Assembly: GCA_964016885.1 (NCBI GenBank)
Contig: OZ024755.1
Span: 38,936,001 to 39,000,000, forward strand
Reading direction: 5' to 3'
Length of the DNA: 64,000 nucleotides
From: Eledone cirrhosa
Taxonomy: Eukaryota
This document shows, piece by piece, positions 1-15,000 of the stretch. Position numbers and translations under genes: made by a program. How positions within the stretch are numbered: the first letter of the stretch is position 1; each line of letters opens with the position of its first letter. The notes under the pieces are model-generated. The model worked only from the letters and a program-made list of their open reading frames with translations, made no database searches and was not told the DNA's origin.

Positions 1-3000
1 TTGTATGGGGGTGTCTCACCTAAATGTCTTGTATTGGGGTGTCTCACTAAAGTGTCTTGTATTGAGGGTGTCTTACTAAAGTGTCTTGTATAGAGGTGTC
101 TCACTAAAGTGTCTTGGGTTGGGGTGTCTCACTAAAGTGTCTTGTATTGGGGTGTCTCACTAAATGTCTTGTATTGGGGTGTCTCACTAAATTGTCTTGT
201 AATGGGGTGTCTCGCTAAAGGGTCTTGTAGTGGGGTGTCTCACTAAAGTGTCTTGTATTGGGGTGTCTCACTAAAGTGTCTTGTATTGGGGTGTCTCACT
301 AAAGTGTCTTGTATTGGGGTGTCTCACTAAAGTGTCTTGTATTTGGGTGTCTCACTAAAATGTCTTGTATTGGGGTGTCTCACTAAAGTGTCTTGTATTG
401 GGGTGTCTCACTAAAGTGTCTTGTATTGGGGTGTCTCACTAAAGTGTCTTGTATTGAGGTGTCTCACCTAAAGTGTCTTGTATTGAGGTGTCTCACCTAA
501 AGTGTCTTGTATTGGGGTGTCTCACTAAAGTGTCTTGTATTGGGATGTCTCACTAAAGTGTCTTGTATTGAGGTGTCTCACTAAAGTGTTTTGTATTGAG
601 GTGTCTCACCTAAAGTGTCTTGTATTGGGGTGTCTCACTAAAATGTCTTGTATTGGGGTGTCTCACTAAAGTGTCTTGTATTGGGGTGTCTCACTAAATT
701 ATCTTGTATTGGGGTGTCTCACTAAAGTCTCTTTTATTGGGGTGTCTCACTAAAGTCTGTTGTATTGGGGTATCCTGTATTGGGGTGTCTCACTAAAGTG
801 TCTTGTATTGGGGTGTCGCACTAAAATTTCTTGTATTGGGGTGTCACACTAAAGTGTCTTGTGTTGGGGGTGTCTCACTAAAGTCTCTTGTATTGGGGTG
901 TCTCACTAAAGTGTCTTGTATTGGGGTGTCTCACTACAGTGTCTTGTATTGGGGTGTCTCACTAAAGTGTCTTGTATTGGGGTGTCTCACTAAAATGTCT
1001 TGTATTGGGGTGTCTCACTAAAGTGTCTTGCAGTGGGGTGTCTCACTAAAGTGTCTTGTATTGGGGTGTCTCACCTAAAGTGTCTTGTATTGGCGGTGTC
1101 TCACTAAAGTGTCTTGTATTGGCGGTGTCTCACTAAAGTGTCTTGTATTGGGGTATCTCACTAAAGTGTCTTGTATTGGGGTGTCCTGTATTGGGGTGTC
1201 TCACTAAAGTGTCTTGTATTGGGGTGTCTCACTAAAGTGTCTTGTATTGGTGTGTCTCACTAAAGTGTCTTCTATTGGGGTGTCACACTAAAGTGTCTTG
1301 TATTGGAGTGTCTCACTAAAGTGTCTAGTATTGGGGTGTCACACTAAAGTGTCTTGTATTGGGGTGTCACACTAAAGTGTCTTGTATTGGGGTGTCTCAC
1401 TGAATGTCTTGTATTGAGGTGTCTCACTAAAGTGTCTTGTATTGGGGTGTCTCGCTAAAGTGACTTGTAGTGGTGTGTCTCACTAAAGTGTCTTGTATTG
1501 GGGTGTCTCACTAAAGTGTCTTGTATTGGGGTGTCTCACTAAAGTGTCTTGTATTGGGGTGTCACACTAAAGTGTCTTGTATTGGGTGTCTCACTAAAGT
1601 GTCTTCTAATGCGGTGTCTCACTAAAGCCTCTTGTATTGCGGTGACTCACCTAAATGTCTTGTATTAGGGTGTCTCACTAAATGGTCTTGTATTGGGGTG
1701 TCTCACTAAAATGTCTTGTATTGGGGTGTCACACTAAAATGTCTTGTATTGGGGTGTCTCACTAAAGTGTCTTGTATTGGGGTGTCTCACTAAAGTGTCT
1801 TGTATTGGGGTGTCTCACTAAAGTGTCTTGTATTGGGGTGTCTCACTAAAGTGTCTTGTATTGGGGTGTCTCACTAAAGTGTCTTGTATTGGGGGTGTCT
1901 CACTAAAGTGTCTTGTATTGGGGTGTCTCACTAAAGTGTCTTGTATTGGGGGTGTCTCACTTAAGTGTCTTGTATTGGGGTGTCTCGCTAAAGTGTCTTG
2001 TATTGGGGTGTCTCACTAAAGTGTCTTGTATTGGGGTGTCTCACTAAAGTGTCTTGTATTGGGGTGTCTCACTAAAATGTCTTGTATTGGGGTGTCTCAC
2101 TAAAGTGTCTTGTATTGGGGTGTTTCACTAAATGTCTTGTAATGAGGTGTCTCATTAAAGTGTCTTGTATTGGGGTGTCTCGCTAAAGTGACTTGTAGTG
2201 GGGTGTCTCACTAAAGTGTCTTGTATTGGGGTGTCTCACTAAAGTGTCTTGTATTGGGGTGTCCTGTATTGGGGTGTCTCAATAAAGTGTCTTGTATTGG
2301 GGTGTCTCACTAAAGTGTCTTGTATTGGTGTGTCTCACTAAATTGTCTTGTATTGGGGTGTCACACTAAAGTGTCTTCTATTGGGGTGTCTCACTAAAGT
2401 CTCTTGTATTGCGGTGTCTCACCTAAATGTCTTGTATTGGGGTGTCACACTTAAGTGTCTTGTATTGGGGTGTCTCACTAAAGTGTCTTGTATGGGGGTG
2501 TCTCACCTAAATGTCTTGTATTGGGGTGTCTCACTAAAGTGTCTTGTATTGAGGGTGTCTTACTAAAGTGTCTTGTATAGAGGTGTCTCACTAAAGTGTC
2601 TTGTATTGGGGTGTCTCACTAAAGTGTCTTGTATTGGGGGGTCTCACTAAAGTGTCTTGGGTTGGGGTGTCTCACTAAAGTGTCTTGTATTGGGGTGTCT
2701 CACTAAATGTCTTGTATTGAGGTGTCTCGCTAAAGTGTCTTGTAGTGGGGTGTCTCACTAAAGTGTCTTGTATTGGGGTGTCTCACTAAAGTGTCTTGTA
2801 TTGGGGTGTCTCACTAAAGTGTCTTGTATTGGGGTGTCTCACTAAAGTGTCTTGTATTGGGGTGTCCTGTATTGGGGTGTCTCACTAAAGTGTCTTGTAT
2901 TGGGGTGTCTCACTAAAGTGTCTTGTAATGGGCTGTCTCACTAAAGTGTCTTGTATTGAGGGTGTCTCACTAAAGTGTCTTGTATTTGGGTGTCTCACTA

Positions 3001-6000
3001 AAGTGTCTTGTATTGGGCTGTCTCACTAAAGTGTCTTGTATTGGGGTGTCTCACTAAAATGTCTTGTATTGGTGTGTCTCACTAAAGTGTCTTCTATTGG
3101 GGTGTCACACTAAAGTGTCTTGTATTGGAGTGTCTCACTAAAGTGTCTAGTATTGGGGTGTCACAATAAAGTGTCTTGTATGGGGGTGTCTCACCTAAAT
3201 GTCTTGTATTGGGGTGTCTCACTAAAGTGTCTTGTATTGAGGGTGTCTTACTAAAGTGTCTTGTATAGAGGTGTCTCACTAAAGTGTCTTGGGTTTGGGT
3301 GTCTCACTAAAGTGTCTTGTATTGGGGTGTCTCACTAAATGTCTTGTATTGGGGTGTCTAACTAAATTGTCTTGTAATGGGGTGTCTCGCTAAAGGGTCT
3401 TGTAGTGGGGTGTCTCACTAAAGTGTCTTGTATTGGGGTGTCTCACTAAAGTGTCTTGTATTGGGGTGTCTCACTAAAGTGTCTTGTATTGGGGTGTCTC
3501 ACTAAAGTGTCTTGTATTTGGGTGTCTCACTAAAATGTCTTGTATTGGGGTGTCTCACTAAAGTGTCTTGTATTGGGGTGTCTCACTAAAGTGTCTCGTA
3601 TTGAGGTGTCTCACCTAAAGTGTCTTGTATTGATGTGTCTCACCTAAAGTGTCTTGTATTGGGGTGTCTCACTAAAGTGTCTTGTATTGGGATGTCTCAC
3701 TAAAGTGTCTTGTATTGAGGTGTCTCACTAAAGTGTTTTGTATTGACGTGTCTCACCTAAAGTGTCTTGTATTGGGGTGTCTCACTAAAATGTCTTGTAT
3801 TGGGGTGTCTCACTAAAGTGTCTTGTATTGGGGTGTCTCACTAAATTATCTTGTATTGGGGTGTCTCACTAAAGTCTCTTTTATTGGGGTGTCTCACTGA
3901 AGTCTGTTGTATTGGGGTATCCTGTATTGGGGTGTCTCACTAAAGTGTCTTGTATTGGGGTGTCACACTAAAGTGTCTTGTGTTGGGGGTGTCTCACTAA
4001 AGTCTCTTGTATTGGGGTGTCTCACTAAAGTGTCTTGTATTGGGGTGTCTCACTAAAGTGTCTTGTATTGGGGTGTCTCACTAAAGTCTCTTGTATTGGG
4101 GTGTCTCACTAAAATGTCTTGTATTGGGGTGTCTCACTAAAGTGTCTTGTAGTGGGGTGTCTCACTAAAGTGTCTTGTATTGGGGTGTCTCACTAAAGTG
4201 TCTTGTATTGGGGTGTCACACTAAAGTGTCTTGTATTGGGTGTCTCACTAAAGTGTCTTCTATTGGGGTGTCTCACTAAAGCCTCTTGTATTGCTGTGAC
4301 TCACCTAAATGTCTTGTATTGGGGTGTCTCACTAAAGTGTCTTGTATTGGGGTGTCTCACTAAAATGTCTTGTATTGGGGTGTCACACTAAAGTGTCTTG
4401 TATTGGGATGTCTCACTAAAATGTTTTCTATTGGGGTGTCTCACTAAAGTCTTTTCTATTGGGGTGTCTCACTAAAGTGTCTTGTATTGGGGTGTCTCAC
4501 TAAAGTGTCTTGTATTGGGGTGTCTCACTAAAATGTCTTGTATTGGGGTGTCTCACTAAAGTGTCTTGTATTGGGAGTGGCTCACTAAAGTGTCTTGTAT
4601 TGGGGTGTCTCACTAAAGTGTCTTATATTGGGGTGTCACACTAAAGTGTCTTGTATTGGGTGTCTCACTAAAGTGTCTTCTATTGGGGTGTCTCACTAAA
4701 GCCTCTTGTATTGCGGTGACTCACCTAAATGTCTTGTATTGGGGTGTCTCACTAAAGTGTCTTGTATTGGGGTGTCTCACTAAAGTGTCTTGTATTGGGG
4801 TGTCTCACTAAAGTGTCTTGTATTGGGGTGTCTCACTAAAATGTCTTGTATTGGGGTGTCTCACTAAAGTGTCTTGTATTGGGGTGTCTCACTAAAGTGT
4901 CTTGTATTGGGGTGTCTCACTAAAGTGTCTTGTATTGGGGTGTCTCACTAAAGTGTCTTGTATTGGGGGTGTCTCACTAAAGTGTCTTGTATTGGGGTGT
5001 CTCACTAAAGTGTCTTGTATTGGGGGTGTCTCACTTAAGTGTCTTGTATTGGGGTGTCTCGCTAAAGTGTCTTGTATTGGGGTGTCTCACTAAAGTGTCT
5101 TGTATTGGGGTGTCTCACTAAAATGTCTTGTATTGGGGTGTCTCACTAAAGTGTCTTGTATTGGGGTGTTTCACTAAATGTCTTGTATTGAGGTGTCTCA
5201 CTAAAGTGTCTTGTATTGGGGTGTCTCGCTAAAGTGACTTGTAGTGGGGTGTCTCACTAAAGTGTCTTGTATTGGGGTGTCTCACTAAAGTGTCTTGTAT
5301 TGGGGTGTCCTGTATTGGGGTGTCTCACTAAAGTGTCTTGTATTGGGGTGTCTCACTAAAGTGTCTTGTATTGGGGTGTCTCACTAAAGTGTCTTGTATT
5401 GGGGTGTCTCACTAAAGTGTCTTGTATTGGGGTGTCTCACTAAAGTGTCTTGTATTGGGGTGTCACACTAAAGTGTCTTGTATTGGGTCTCTCACTAAAG
5501 TGTCTTCTATTGGGGTGTCTCACTAAAGTCTCTTGTATTGGGGTGTCTCACTAAAGTGTCTTGTATTGGGGGTGTCTCACTAAAGTGTCTTGTATTGGGG
5601 TGTCTCACTAAAGTGTCTTGTATTGGGGTGTCTCACTAAAGTGTCTTGTATTGGGGTGTCTCACTAAAGTGTCTTGTATCGGGGTGTCTCACTAAAGTGT
5701 CTTGTATTGGGGGCGTCTCAATAAAGTGTCTTGTATTGGGGTGTCTCACTAAAGTGTCTTGTATTGGGGGTGTCTCACTTAAGTGTCTTGTATTGGGGTG
5801 TCTCGCTAAAGTGTCTTGTATTGGGGTGTCTCACTAAAGTGTCTTGTATTGGGGTGTCTCACTAAAGTGTCTTGTATTGGGGTGTCTCACTAAAATGTCT
5901 TGTATTGGGGTGTCTCACTAAAATGTCTTGTATTGGGGTGTCTCACTAAAGTGTCTTGTATTGGGGTATTTCACTAAATGTCTTGTATTGAGGTGTCTCA

Positions 6001-9000
6001 CTAAAGTGTCTTGTATTGGGGTGTCTCGCTAAAGTGACTTGTAGTGGGGTGTCTCACTAAAGTGTCTTGTATTGGGGTGTCTCACTAAAGTGTCTTGTAT
6101 TGGGGTGTCCTGTATTGGGGTGTCTCACTAAAGTGTCTTGTATTGGGGTGTCTCACTAAAGTGTCTTGTATTGGGGTGTCTCACTAAAGTGTCTTGTATT
6201 GGGGTGTCACACTAAAGTGTCTTGTATTGGGTCTCTCACTAAAGTGTCTTCTATTGGGGTGTCTCACTAAAGTCTCTTGTATTGCGGTGTCTCACCTAAA
6301 TGTCTTGTATTGGGGTGTCTCACTAAAGTGTCTTGTATTGGGGTGTCTCACTAAAGTGTCTTGTATTGGGGTGTCTCACTAAAGTGTCTTGTATTGGGGT
6401 GTCTCACTAAAGTGTCTTGTATTGGGGTGTCTCACTAAAATGTCTTGTAGTGGGGTGTCTCACCTAAAGTGCCTTGTATTGGGGTGTCTCACTAAAGTGT
6501 CTTGTATTGGCGGTGTCTCACTAAAGTGTCTTGTATTGGGGTATCTCACTAAAGTGTCTTGTATTGGGGTGTCCTGTATTGGGGTGTCTCACTAAAGTGT
6601 CTTGTATTGGGGTGTCTCACTAAAGTGTCTTGTATTGGTGTGTCTCACTAAAGTGTCTTCTATTGGGGTGTCACTCTAAAGTGTCTTGTATTGGAGTGTC
6701 TCACTAAAGTGTCTAGTATTGGGGTGTCACACTAAAGTGTCTTGTATTGGGGTGTCACACTAAAGTGTCTTGTATTGGGGTGTCTCACTAAAGTGTCTTG
6801 TATGGGGGTGTCTCACCTAAATGTCTTGTATTGGGGTGTCTCACTAAAGTGTCTTGTATTGAGGTTGTCTTACTAAAGTGTCTTGTATAGAGGTGTCGCA
6901 CTAAAGTGTCTTGTATTGGTGTGTCTCACTAAAATGTCTTGTATTGGGGTGTCTCACTAAAATGTCTTGTATTGGGATGTCTCACTAAAGTGTCTTGTAT
7001 TGGGGTGTCTCACTAAAGTGTCTTGTATTGGGGGTGTCTCACTAAAGTGTCTTGTATTGGGGTGTCTCACTAAAGTGTCTTGTATTGGGGTGTCTCACTA
7101 AAGTGTCTTGTATTGGGGTGTCTCACTAAAGTGTCTTGTATTGGGGTGTCTCACTAAAGTGTCTTGTATTGGGGTGTCTCACTAAAGTGTCTTGTATTGG
7201 GGTTTCTCACTAAATGTCTTGTATTGGGGTGTTTCACTAAATGTCTTGTATTGAGGTGTCTCACTAAAGTGTCTTGTATTGGGGTGTCTCGCTAAAGTGA
7301 CTTGTAGTGGGGTGTCTCACTAAAGTGTCTTGTATTGGGGTGTCTCACTAAAGTGTCTTGTATTGGGGTGTCCTGTATTGGGGTGTCTCACTAAAGTGTC
7401 TTGTATTGGGGTGTCTCACTAAAGTGTCTTGTATTGGGGTGTCTCACTAAAGTGTCTTGTATTGGGGTGTCTCACTAAAGTGTCTTGTATTGGGGTGTCT
7501 CACTAAAGTGTCTTGTATTGGGGTGTCACACTAAAGTGTCTTGTATTGGGTCTCTCACTAAAGTGTCTTCTATTGGGGTGTCTCACTAAAGTCTCTTGTA
7601 TTGGGGTGTCTCACTAAAGTGTCTTGTATTGGGGGTGTCTCACTAAAGTGTCTTGTATTGGGGTGTCTCACTAAAGTGTCTTGTATTGGGGTGTCTCACT
7701 AAAGTGTCTTGTATTGGGGTGTCTCACTAAAGTGTCTTGTATCGGGGTGTCTCACTAAAGTGTCTTGTATTGGGGGCGTCTCAATAAAGTGTCTTGTATT
7801 GGGGTGTCTCACTAAAGTGTCTTGTATTGGGGGTGTCTCACTAAAGTGTCTTGTATTGGGGTGTCTCACTAAAGTGTCTTGTATTGGGGTGTCTCACTAA
7901 AGTGTCTTGTATTGGGGTGTCTCACTAAAGTGTCTTGTATTGGGGTGTCTCACTAAAGTGTCTTGTATTGGGGTGTCTCACTAAAATGTCTTGTATTGGG
8001 GTGTCTCACTAAAGTGTCTTGTATTGGGGTGTTTCACTAAATGTCTTGTATTGAGGTGTCTCACTAAAGTGTCTTGTATTGGGGTGTCTCGCTAAAGTGA
8101 CTTGTAGTGGGGTGTCTCACTAAAGTGTCTTGTATTGGGGTGTCTCACTAAAGTGTCTTGTATTGGGGTGTCCTGTATTGGGGTGTCTCACTAAAGTGTC
8201 TTGTATTGGGGTGTCTCACTAAAGTGTCTTGTATTGGGGTGTCTCACTAAAGTGTCTTGTATTGGGGTGTCTCACTAAAGTGTCTTGTATTGGGGTGTCT
8301 CACTAAAGTGTCTTGTATTGGGGTGTCACACTAAAGTGTCTTGTATTGGGTCTCTCACTAAAGTGTCTTCTATTGGGGTGTCTCACTAAAGTCTCTTGTA
8401 TTGGGGTGTCTCACTAAAGTGTCTTGTATTGGGGGTGTCTCACTAAAGTGTCTTGTATTGGGGTGTCTCACTAAAGTGTCTTGTATTGGGGTGTCTCACT
8501 AAAGTGTCTTGTATTGGGGTGTCTCACTAAAGTGTCTTGTATCGGGGTGTCTCACTAAAGTGTCTTGTATTGGGGGCGTCTCAATAAAGTGTCTTGTATT
8601 GGGGTGTCTCACTAAAGTGTCTTGTATTGGGGGTGTCTCACTTAAGTGTCTTGTATTGGGGTGTCTCGCTAAAGTGTCTTGTATTGGGGTGTCTCACTAA
8701 AGTGTCTTGTATTGGGGTGTCTCACTAAAGTGTCTTGTATTGGGGTGTCTCACTAAAATGTCTTGTATTGGGGTGTCTCACTAAAATGTCTTGTATTGGG
8801 GTGTCTCACTAAAGTGTCTTGTATTGGGGTGTTTCACTAAATGTCTTGTATTGAGGTGTCTCACTAAAGTGTCTTGTATTGGGGTGTCTCGCTAAAGTGA
8901 CTTGTAGTGGGGTGTCTCACTAAAGTGTCTTGTATTGGGGTGTCTCACTAAAGTGTCTTGTATTGGGGTGTCCTGTATTGGGGTGTCTCACTAAAGTGTC

Positions 9001-12000
9001 TTGTATTGGGGTGTCTCACTAAAGTGTCTTGTATTGGGGTGTCTCACTAAAGTGTCTTGTATTGGGGTGTCACACTAAAGTGTCTTGTATTGGGTCTCTC
9101 ACTAAAGTGTCTTCTATTGGGGTGTCTCACTAAAGTCTCTTGTATTGCGGTGTCTCACCTAAATGTCTTGTATTGGGGTGTCTCACTAAAGTGTCTTGTA
9201 TTGGGGTGTCTCACTAAAGTGTCTTGTATTGGGGTGTCTCACTAAAGTGTCTTGTATTGGGGTGTCTCACTAAAGTGTCTTGTATTGGGGTGTCTCACTA
9301 AAATGTCTTGTAGTGGGGTGTCTCACCTAAAGTGTCTTGTATTGGGGTGTCTCACTAAAGTGTCTTGTATTGGCGGTGTCTCACTAAAGTGTCTTGTATT
9401 GGGGTATCTCACTAAAGTGTCTTGTATTGGGGTGTCCTGTATTGGGGTGTCTCACTAAAGTGTCTTGTATTGGGGTGTCTCACTAAAGTGTCTTGTATTG
9501 GTGTGTCTCACTAAAGTGTCTTCTATTGGGGTGTCACTCTAAAGTGTCTTGTATTGGAGTGTCTCACTAAAGTGTCTAGTATTGGGGTGTCACACTAAAG
9601 TGTCTTGTATTGGGGTGTCACACTAAAGTGTCTTGTATTGGGGTGTCTCACTAAAGTGTCTTGTATGGGGGTGTCTCACCTAAATGTCTTGTATTGGGGT
9701 GTCTCACTAAAGTGTCTTGTATTGAGGTTGTCTTACTAAAGTGTCTTGTATAGAGGTGTCGCACTAAAGTGTCTTGTATTGGTGTGTCTCACTAAAATGT
9801 CTTGTATTGGGGTGTCTCACTAAAATGTCTTGTATTGGGATGTCTCACTAAAGTGTCTTGTATTGGGGTGTCTCACTAAAGTGTCTTGTATTGGGGGTGT
9901 CTCACTAAAGTGTCTTGTATTGGGGTGTCTCACTAAAGTGTCTTGTATTGGGGTGTCTCACTAAAGTGTCTTGTATTGGGGTGTCTCACTAAAGTGTCTT
10001 GGGTTGGGGTGTCTCACTAAAGTGTCTTGGGTTGGGGTGTCTCACTAAAGTGTCTTGTATTGGGGTTTCTCACTAAATGTCTTGTATTGAGGTGTCTCGC
10101 TAAAGTGTCTTGTAGTGGGGTGTCTCACTAAAGTGTCTTGTAATGGGGTGTCTCACTAAAGTGTCTTGTATTGAGGGTGTCTCACTAAAGTGTCTTGTAT
10201 TGGGGTGTCTCACTAAAGTGTCTTGTATTGGGGTGTCTCACTAAAGTGTCTTGTATTGGGGTGTCTCACTAAAGTGTCTTGTATTGGGGTGTCTCACTAA
10301 AGTGTCTTGTATTGGGGTGTCTCACTAAAGTGTCTTGTATTGGTGTGTCTCACTAAAGTGTCTTCTATTGGGGTGTCACACTAAAGTGTCTTGTATTGGA
10401 GTGTCTCGCTAAAGTGTCTAGTATTGGGGTGTCACACTAAAGTGTCTTGTATTGGGGTGTCTCACCAAAGTGTCTTGTATTGGGGTGTCTCACCAAAGTG
10501 CCTTGTATGGGGGTGTCTCACCTAAATGTCTTGTATTGGGGTGCCTCACTAAAGTGTCTTGGGTTGGGGTGTCTCACTAAAGTGTCTTGTATTGGGGTGT
10601 CTCACTAAATGTCTTGTATTGGGGTGTCTCACTAAAGTGTCTTGTAATGGGGTGTCTCGCTAAAGTATCTTGTAGTGGGGTGTCTCACTAAAGTGTCTTG
10701 TATTGGGGTGTCTCACTAAAGTGTCTTGTATTGGGGTGTCTCACTAAAGTGTCTTGTATTGGGGTGTCTCACTAAAGTGTCTTGTATTGGGGTGTCTCAC
10801 TAAAGTGTCTTGTATTGGGGTGTCTCACTAAAATGTCTTGTATTGGGGTGTCTCACTAAAGTGTCTTGTATTGGGGTGCCTCACTAAAGTGTCTTGTATA
10901 GGGGTGTCTCACTAAATGTCTTGTATTGGGGTGTCTCACTAAATGTCTTGTATTGAGGTGTCTCACTAAAGTGTCTTGTAATGGGGTGTCTCACTAAAGT
11001 GTCTTGTATGGGGGTGTCTCACCTAAATGTCTTGTATTGGGGTGTCTCACTAAAGTGTCTTGTATTGAGGTTGTCTTACTAAAGTGTCTTGTATAGAGGT
11101 GTCGCACTAAAGTGTCTTGTATTGGTGTGTCTCACTAAAATGTCTTGTATTGGGGTGTCTCACTAAAATGTCTTGTATTGGGATGTCTCACTAAAGTGTC
11201 TTGTATTGGGGTGTCTCACTAAAGTGTCTTGTATTGGGGGTGTCTCACTAAAGTGTCTTGTATTGGGGTGTCTCACTAAAGTGTCTTGTATTGGGGTGTC
11301 TCACTAAAGTGTCTTGTATTGGGGTGTCTCACTAAAGTGTCTTGTATTGGGGTGTCTCACTAAAGTGTCTTGTATTGGGGTGTCTCACTAAAGTGTCTTG
11401 TATTGGGGTTTCTCACTAAATGTCTTGTATTGGGGTGTTTCACTAAATGTCTTGTATTGAGGTGTCTCACTAAAGTGTCTTGTATTGGGGTGTCTCGCTA
11501 AAGTGACTTGTAGTGGGGTGTCTCACTAAAGTGTCTTGTATTGGGGTGTCTCACTAAAGTGTCTTGTATTGGGGTGTCCTGTATTGGGGTGTCTCACTAA
11601 AGTGTCTTGTATTGGGGTGTCTCACTAAAGTGTCTTGTATTGGGGTGTCTCACTAAAGTGTCTTGTATTGGGGTGTCTCACTAAAGTGTCTTGTATTGGG
11701 GTGTCTCACTAAAGTGTCTTGTATTGGGGTGTCACACTAAAGTGTCTTGTATTGGGTCTCTCACTAAAGTGTCTTCTATTGGGGTGTCTCACTAAAGTCT
11801 CTTGTATTGGGGTGTCTCACTAAAGTGTCTTGTATTGGGGGTGTCTCACTAAAGTGTCTTGTATTGGGGTGTCTCACTAAAGTGTCTTGTATTGGGGTGT
11901 CTCACTAAAGTGTCTTGTATTGGGGTGTCTCACTAAAGTGTCTTGTATCGGGGTGTCTCACTAAAGTGTCTTGTATTGGGGGCGTCTCAATAAAGTGTCT

Positions 12001-15000
12001 TGTATTGGGGTGTCTCACTAAAGTGTCTTGTATTGGGGGTGTCTCACTAAAGTGTCTTGTATTGGGGTGTCTCACTAAAGTGTCTTGTATTGGGGTGTCT
12101 CACTAAAGTGTCTTGTATTGGGGTGTCTCACTAAAGTGTCTTGTATTGGGGTGTCTCACTAAAGTGTCTTGTATTGGGGTGTCTCACTAAAATGTCTTGT
12201 ATTGGGGTGTCTCACTAAAGTGTCTTGTATTGGGGTGTTTCACTAAATGTCTTGTATTGAGGTGTCTCACTAAAGTGTCTTGTATTGGGGTGTCTCGCTA
12301 AAGTGACTTGTAGTGGGGTGTCTCACTAAAGTGTCTTGTATTGGGGTGTCTCACTAAAGTGTCTTGTATTGGGGTGTCCTGTATTGGGGTGTCTCACTAA
12401 AGTGTCTTGTATTGGGGTGTCTCACTAAAGTGTCTTGTATTGGGGTGTCTCACTAAAGTGTCTTGTATTGGGGTGTCTCACTAAAGTGTCTTGTATTGGG
12501 GTGTCTCACTAAAGTGTCTTGTATTGGGGTGTCACACTAAAGTGTCTTGTATTGGGTCTCTCACTAAAGTGTCTTCTATTGGGGTGTCTCACTAAAGTCT
12601 CTTGTATTGGGGTGTCTCACTAAAGTGTCTTGTATTGGGGGTGTCTCACTAAAGTGTCTTGTATTGGGGTGTCTCACTAAAGTGTCTTGTATTGGGGTGT
12701 CTCACTAAAGTGTCTTGTATTGGGGTGTCTCACTAAAGTGTCTTGTATCGGGGTGTCTCACTAAAGTGTCTTGTATTGGGGGCGTCTCAATAAAGTGTCT
12801 TGTATTGGGGTGTCTCACTAAAGTGTCTTGTATTGGGGGTGTCTCACTTAAGTGTCTTGTATTGGGGTGTCTCGCTAAAGTGTCTTGTATTGGGGTGTCT
12901 CACTAAAGTGTCTTGTATTGGGGTGTCTCACTAAAGTGTCTTGTATTGGGGTGTCTCACTAAAATGTCTTGTATTGGGGTGTCTCACTAAAATGTCTTGT
13001 ATTGGGGTGTCTCACTAAAGTGTCTTGTATTGGGGTGTTTCACTAAATGTCTTGTATTGAGGTGTCTCACTAAAGTGTCTTGTATTGGGGTGTCTCGCTA
13101 AAGTGACTTGTAGTGGGGTGTCTCACTAAAGTGTCTTGTATTGGGGTGTCTCACTAAAGTGTCTTGTATTGGGGTGTCCTGTATTGGGGTGTCTCACTAA
13201 AGTGTCTTGTATTGGGGTGTCTCACTAAAGTGTCTTGTATTGGGGTGTCTCACTAAAGTGTCTTGTATTGGGGTGTCACACTAAAGTGTCTTGTATTGGG
13301 TCTCTCACTAAAGTGTCTTCTATTGGGGTGTCTCACTAAAGTCTCTTGTATTGCGGTGTCTCACCTAAATGTCTTGTATTGGGGTGTCTCACTAAAGTGT
13401 CTTGTATTGGGGTGTCTCACTAAAGTGTCTTGTATTGGGGTGTCTCACTAAAGTGTCTTGTATTGGGGTGTCTCACTAAAGTGTCTTGTATTGGGGTGTC
13501 TCACTAAAATGTCTTGTAGTGGGGTGTCTCACCTAAAGTGTCTTGTATTGGGGTGTCTCACTAAAGTGTCTTGTATTGGCGGTGTCTCACTAAAGTGTCT
13601 TGTATTGGGGTATCTCACTAAAGTGTCTTGTATTGGGGTGTCCTGTATTGGGGTGTCTCACTAAAGTGTCTTGTATTGGGGTGTCTCACTAAAGTGTCTT
13701 GTATTGGTGTGTCTCACTAAAGTGTCTTCTATTGGGGTGTCACTCTAAAGTGTCTTGTATTGGAGTGTCTCACTAAAGTGTCTAGTATTGGGGTGTCACA
13801 CTAAAGTGTCTTGTATTGGGGTGTCACACTAAAGTGTCTTGTATTGGGGTGTCTCACTAAAGTGTCTTGTATGGGGGTGTCTCACCTAAATGTCTTGTAT
13901 TGGGGTGTCTCACTAAAGTGTCTTGTATTGAGGTTGTCTTACTAAAGTGTCTTGTATAGAGGTGTCGCACTAAAGTGTCTTGTATTGGTGTGTCTCACTA
14001 AAATGTCTTGTATTGGGGTGTCTCACTAAAATGTCTTGTATTGGGATGTCTCACTAAAGTGTCTTGTATTGGGGTGTCTCACTAAAGTGTCTTGTATTGG
14101 GGGTGTCTCACTAAAGTGTCTTGTATTGGGGTGTCTCACTAAAGTGTCTTGTATTGGGGTGTCTCACTAAAGTGTCTTGTATTGGGGTGTCTCACTAAAG
14201 TGTCTTGGGTTGGGGTGTCTCACTAAAGTGTCTTGGGTTGGGGTGTCTCACTAAAGTGTCTTGTATTGGGGTTTCTCACTAAATGTCTTGTATTGAGGTG
14301 TCTCGCTAAAGTGTCTTGTAGTGGGGTGTCTCACTGAAGTGTCTTGTAATGGGGTGTCTCACTAAAGTGTCTTGTATTGAGGGTGTCTCACTAAAGTGTC
14401 TTGTATTGGGGTGTCTCACTAAAGTGTCTTGTATTGGGGTGTCTCACTAAAGTGTCTTGTATTGGGGTGTCTCACTAAAGTGTCTTGTATTGGGGTGTCT
14501 CACTAAAGTGTCTTGTATTGGGGTGTCTCACTAAAGTGTCTTGTATTGGTGTGTCTCACTAAAGTGTCTTCTATTGGGGTGTCACACTAAAGTGTCTTGT
14601 ATTGGAGTGTCTCGCTAAAGTGTCTAGTATTGGGGTGTCACACTAAAGTGTCTTGTATTGGGGTGTCTCACCAAAGTGTCTTGTATTGGGGTGTCTCACC
14701 AAAGTGCCTTGTATGGGGGTGTCTCACCTAAATGTCTTGTATTGGGGTGCCTCACTAAAGTGTCTTGGGTTGGGGTGTCTCACTAAAGTGTCTTGTATTG
14801 GGGTGTCTCACTAAATGTCTTGTATTGGGGTGTCTCACTAAAGTGTCTTGTAATGGGGTGTCTCGCTAAAGTATCTTGTAGTGGGGTGTCTCACTAAAGT
14901 GTCTTGTATTGGGGTGTCTCACTAAAGTGTCTTGTATTGGGGTGTCTCACTAAAGTGTCTTGTATTGGGGTGTCTCACTAAAGTGTCTTGTATTGGGGTG

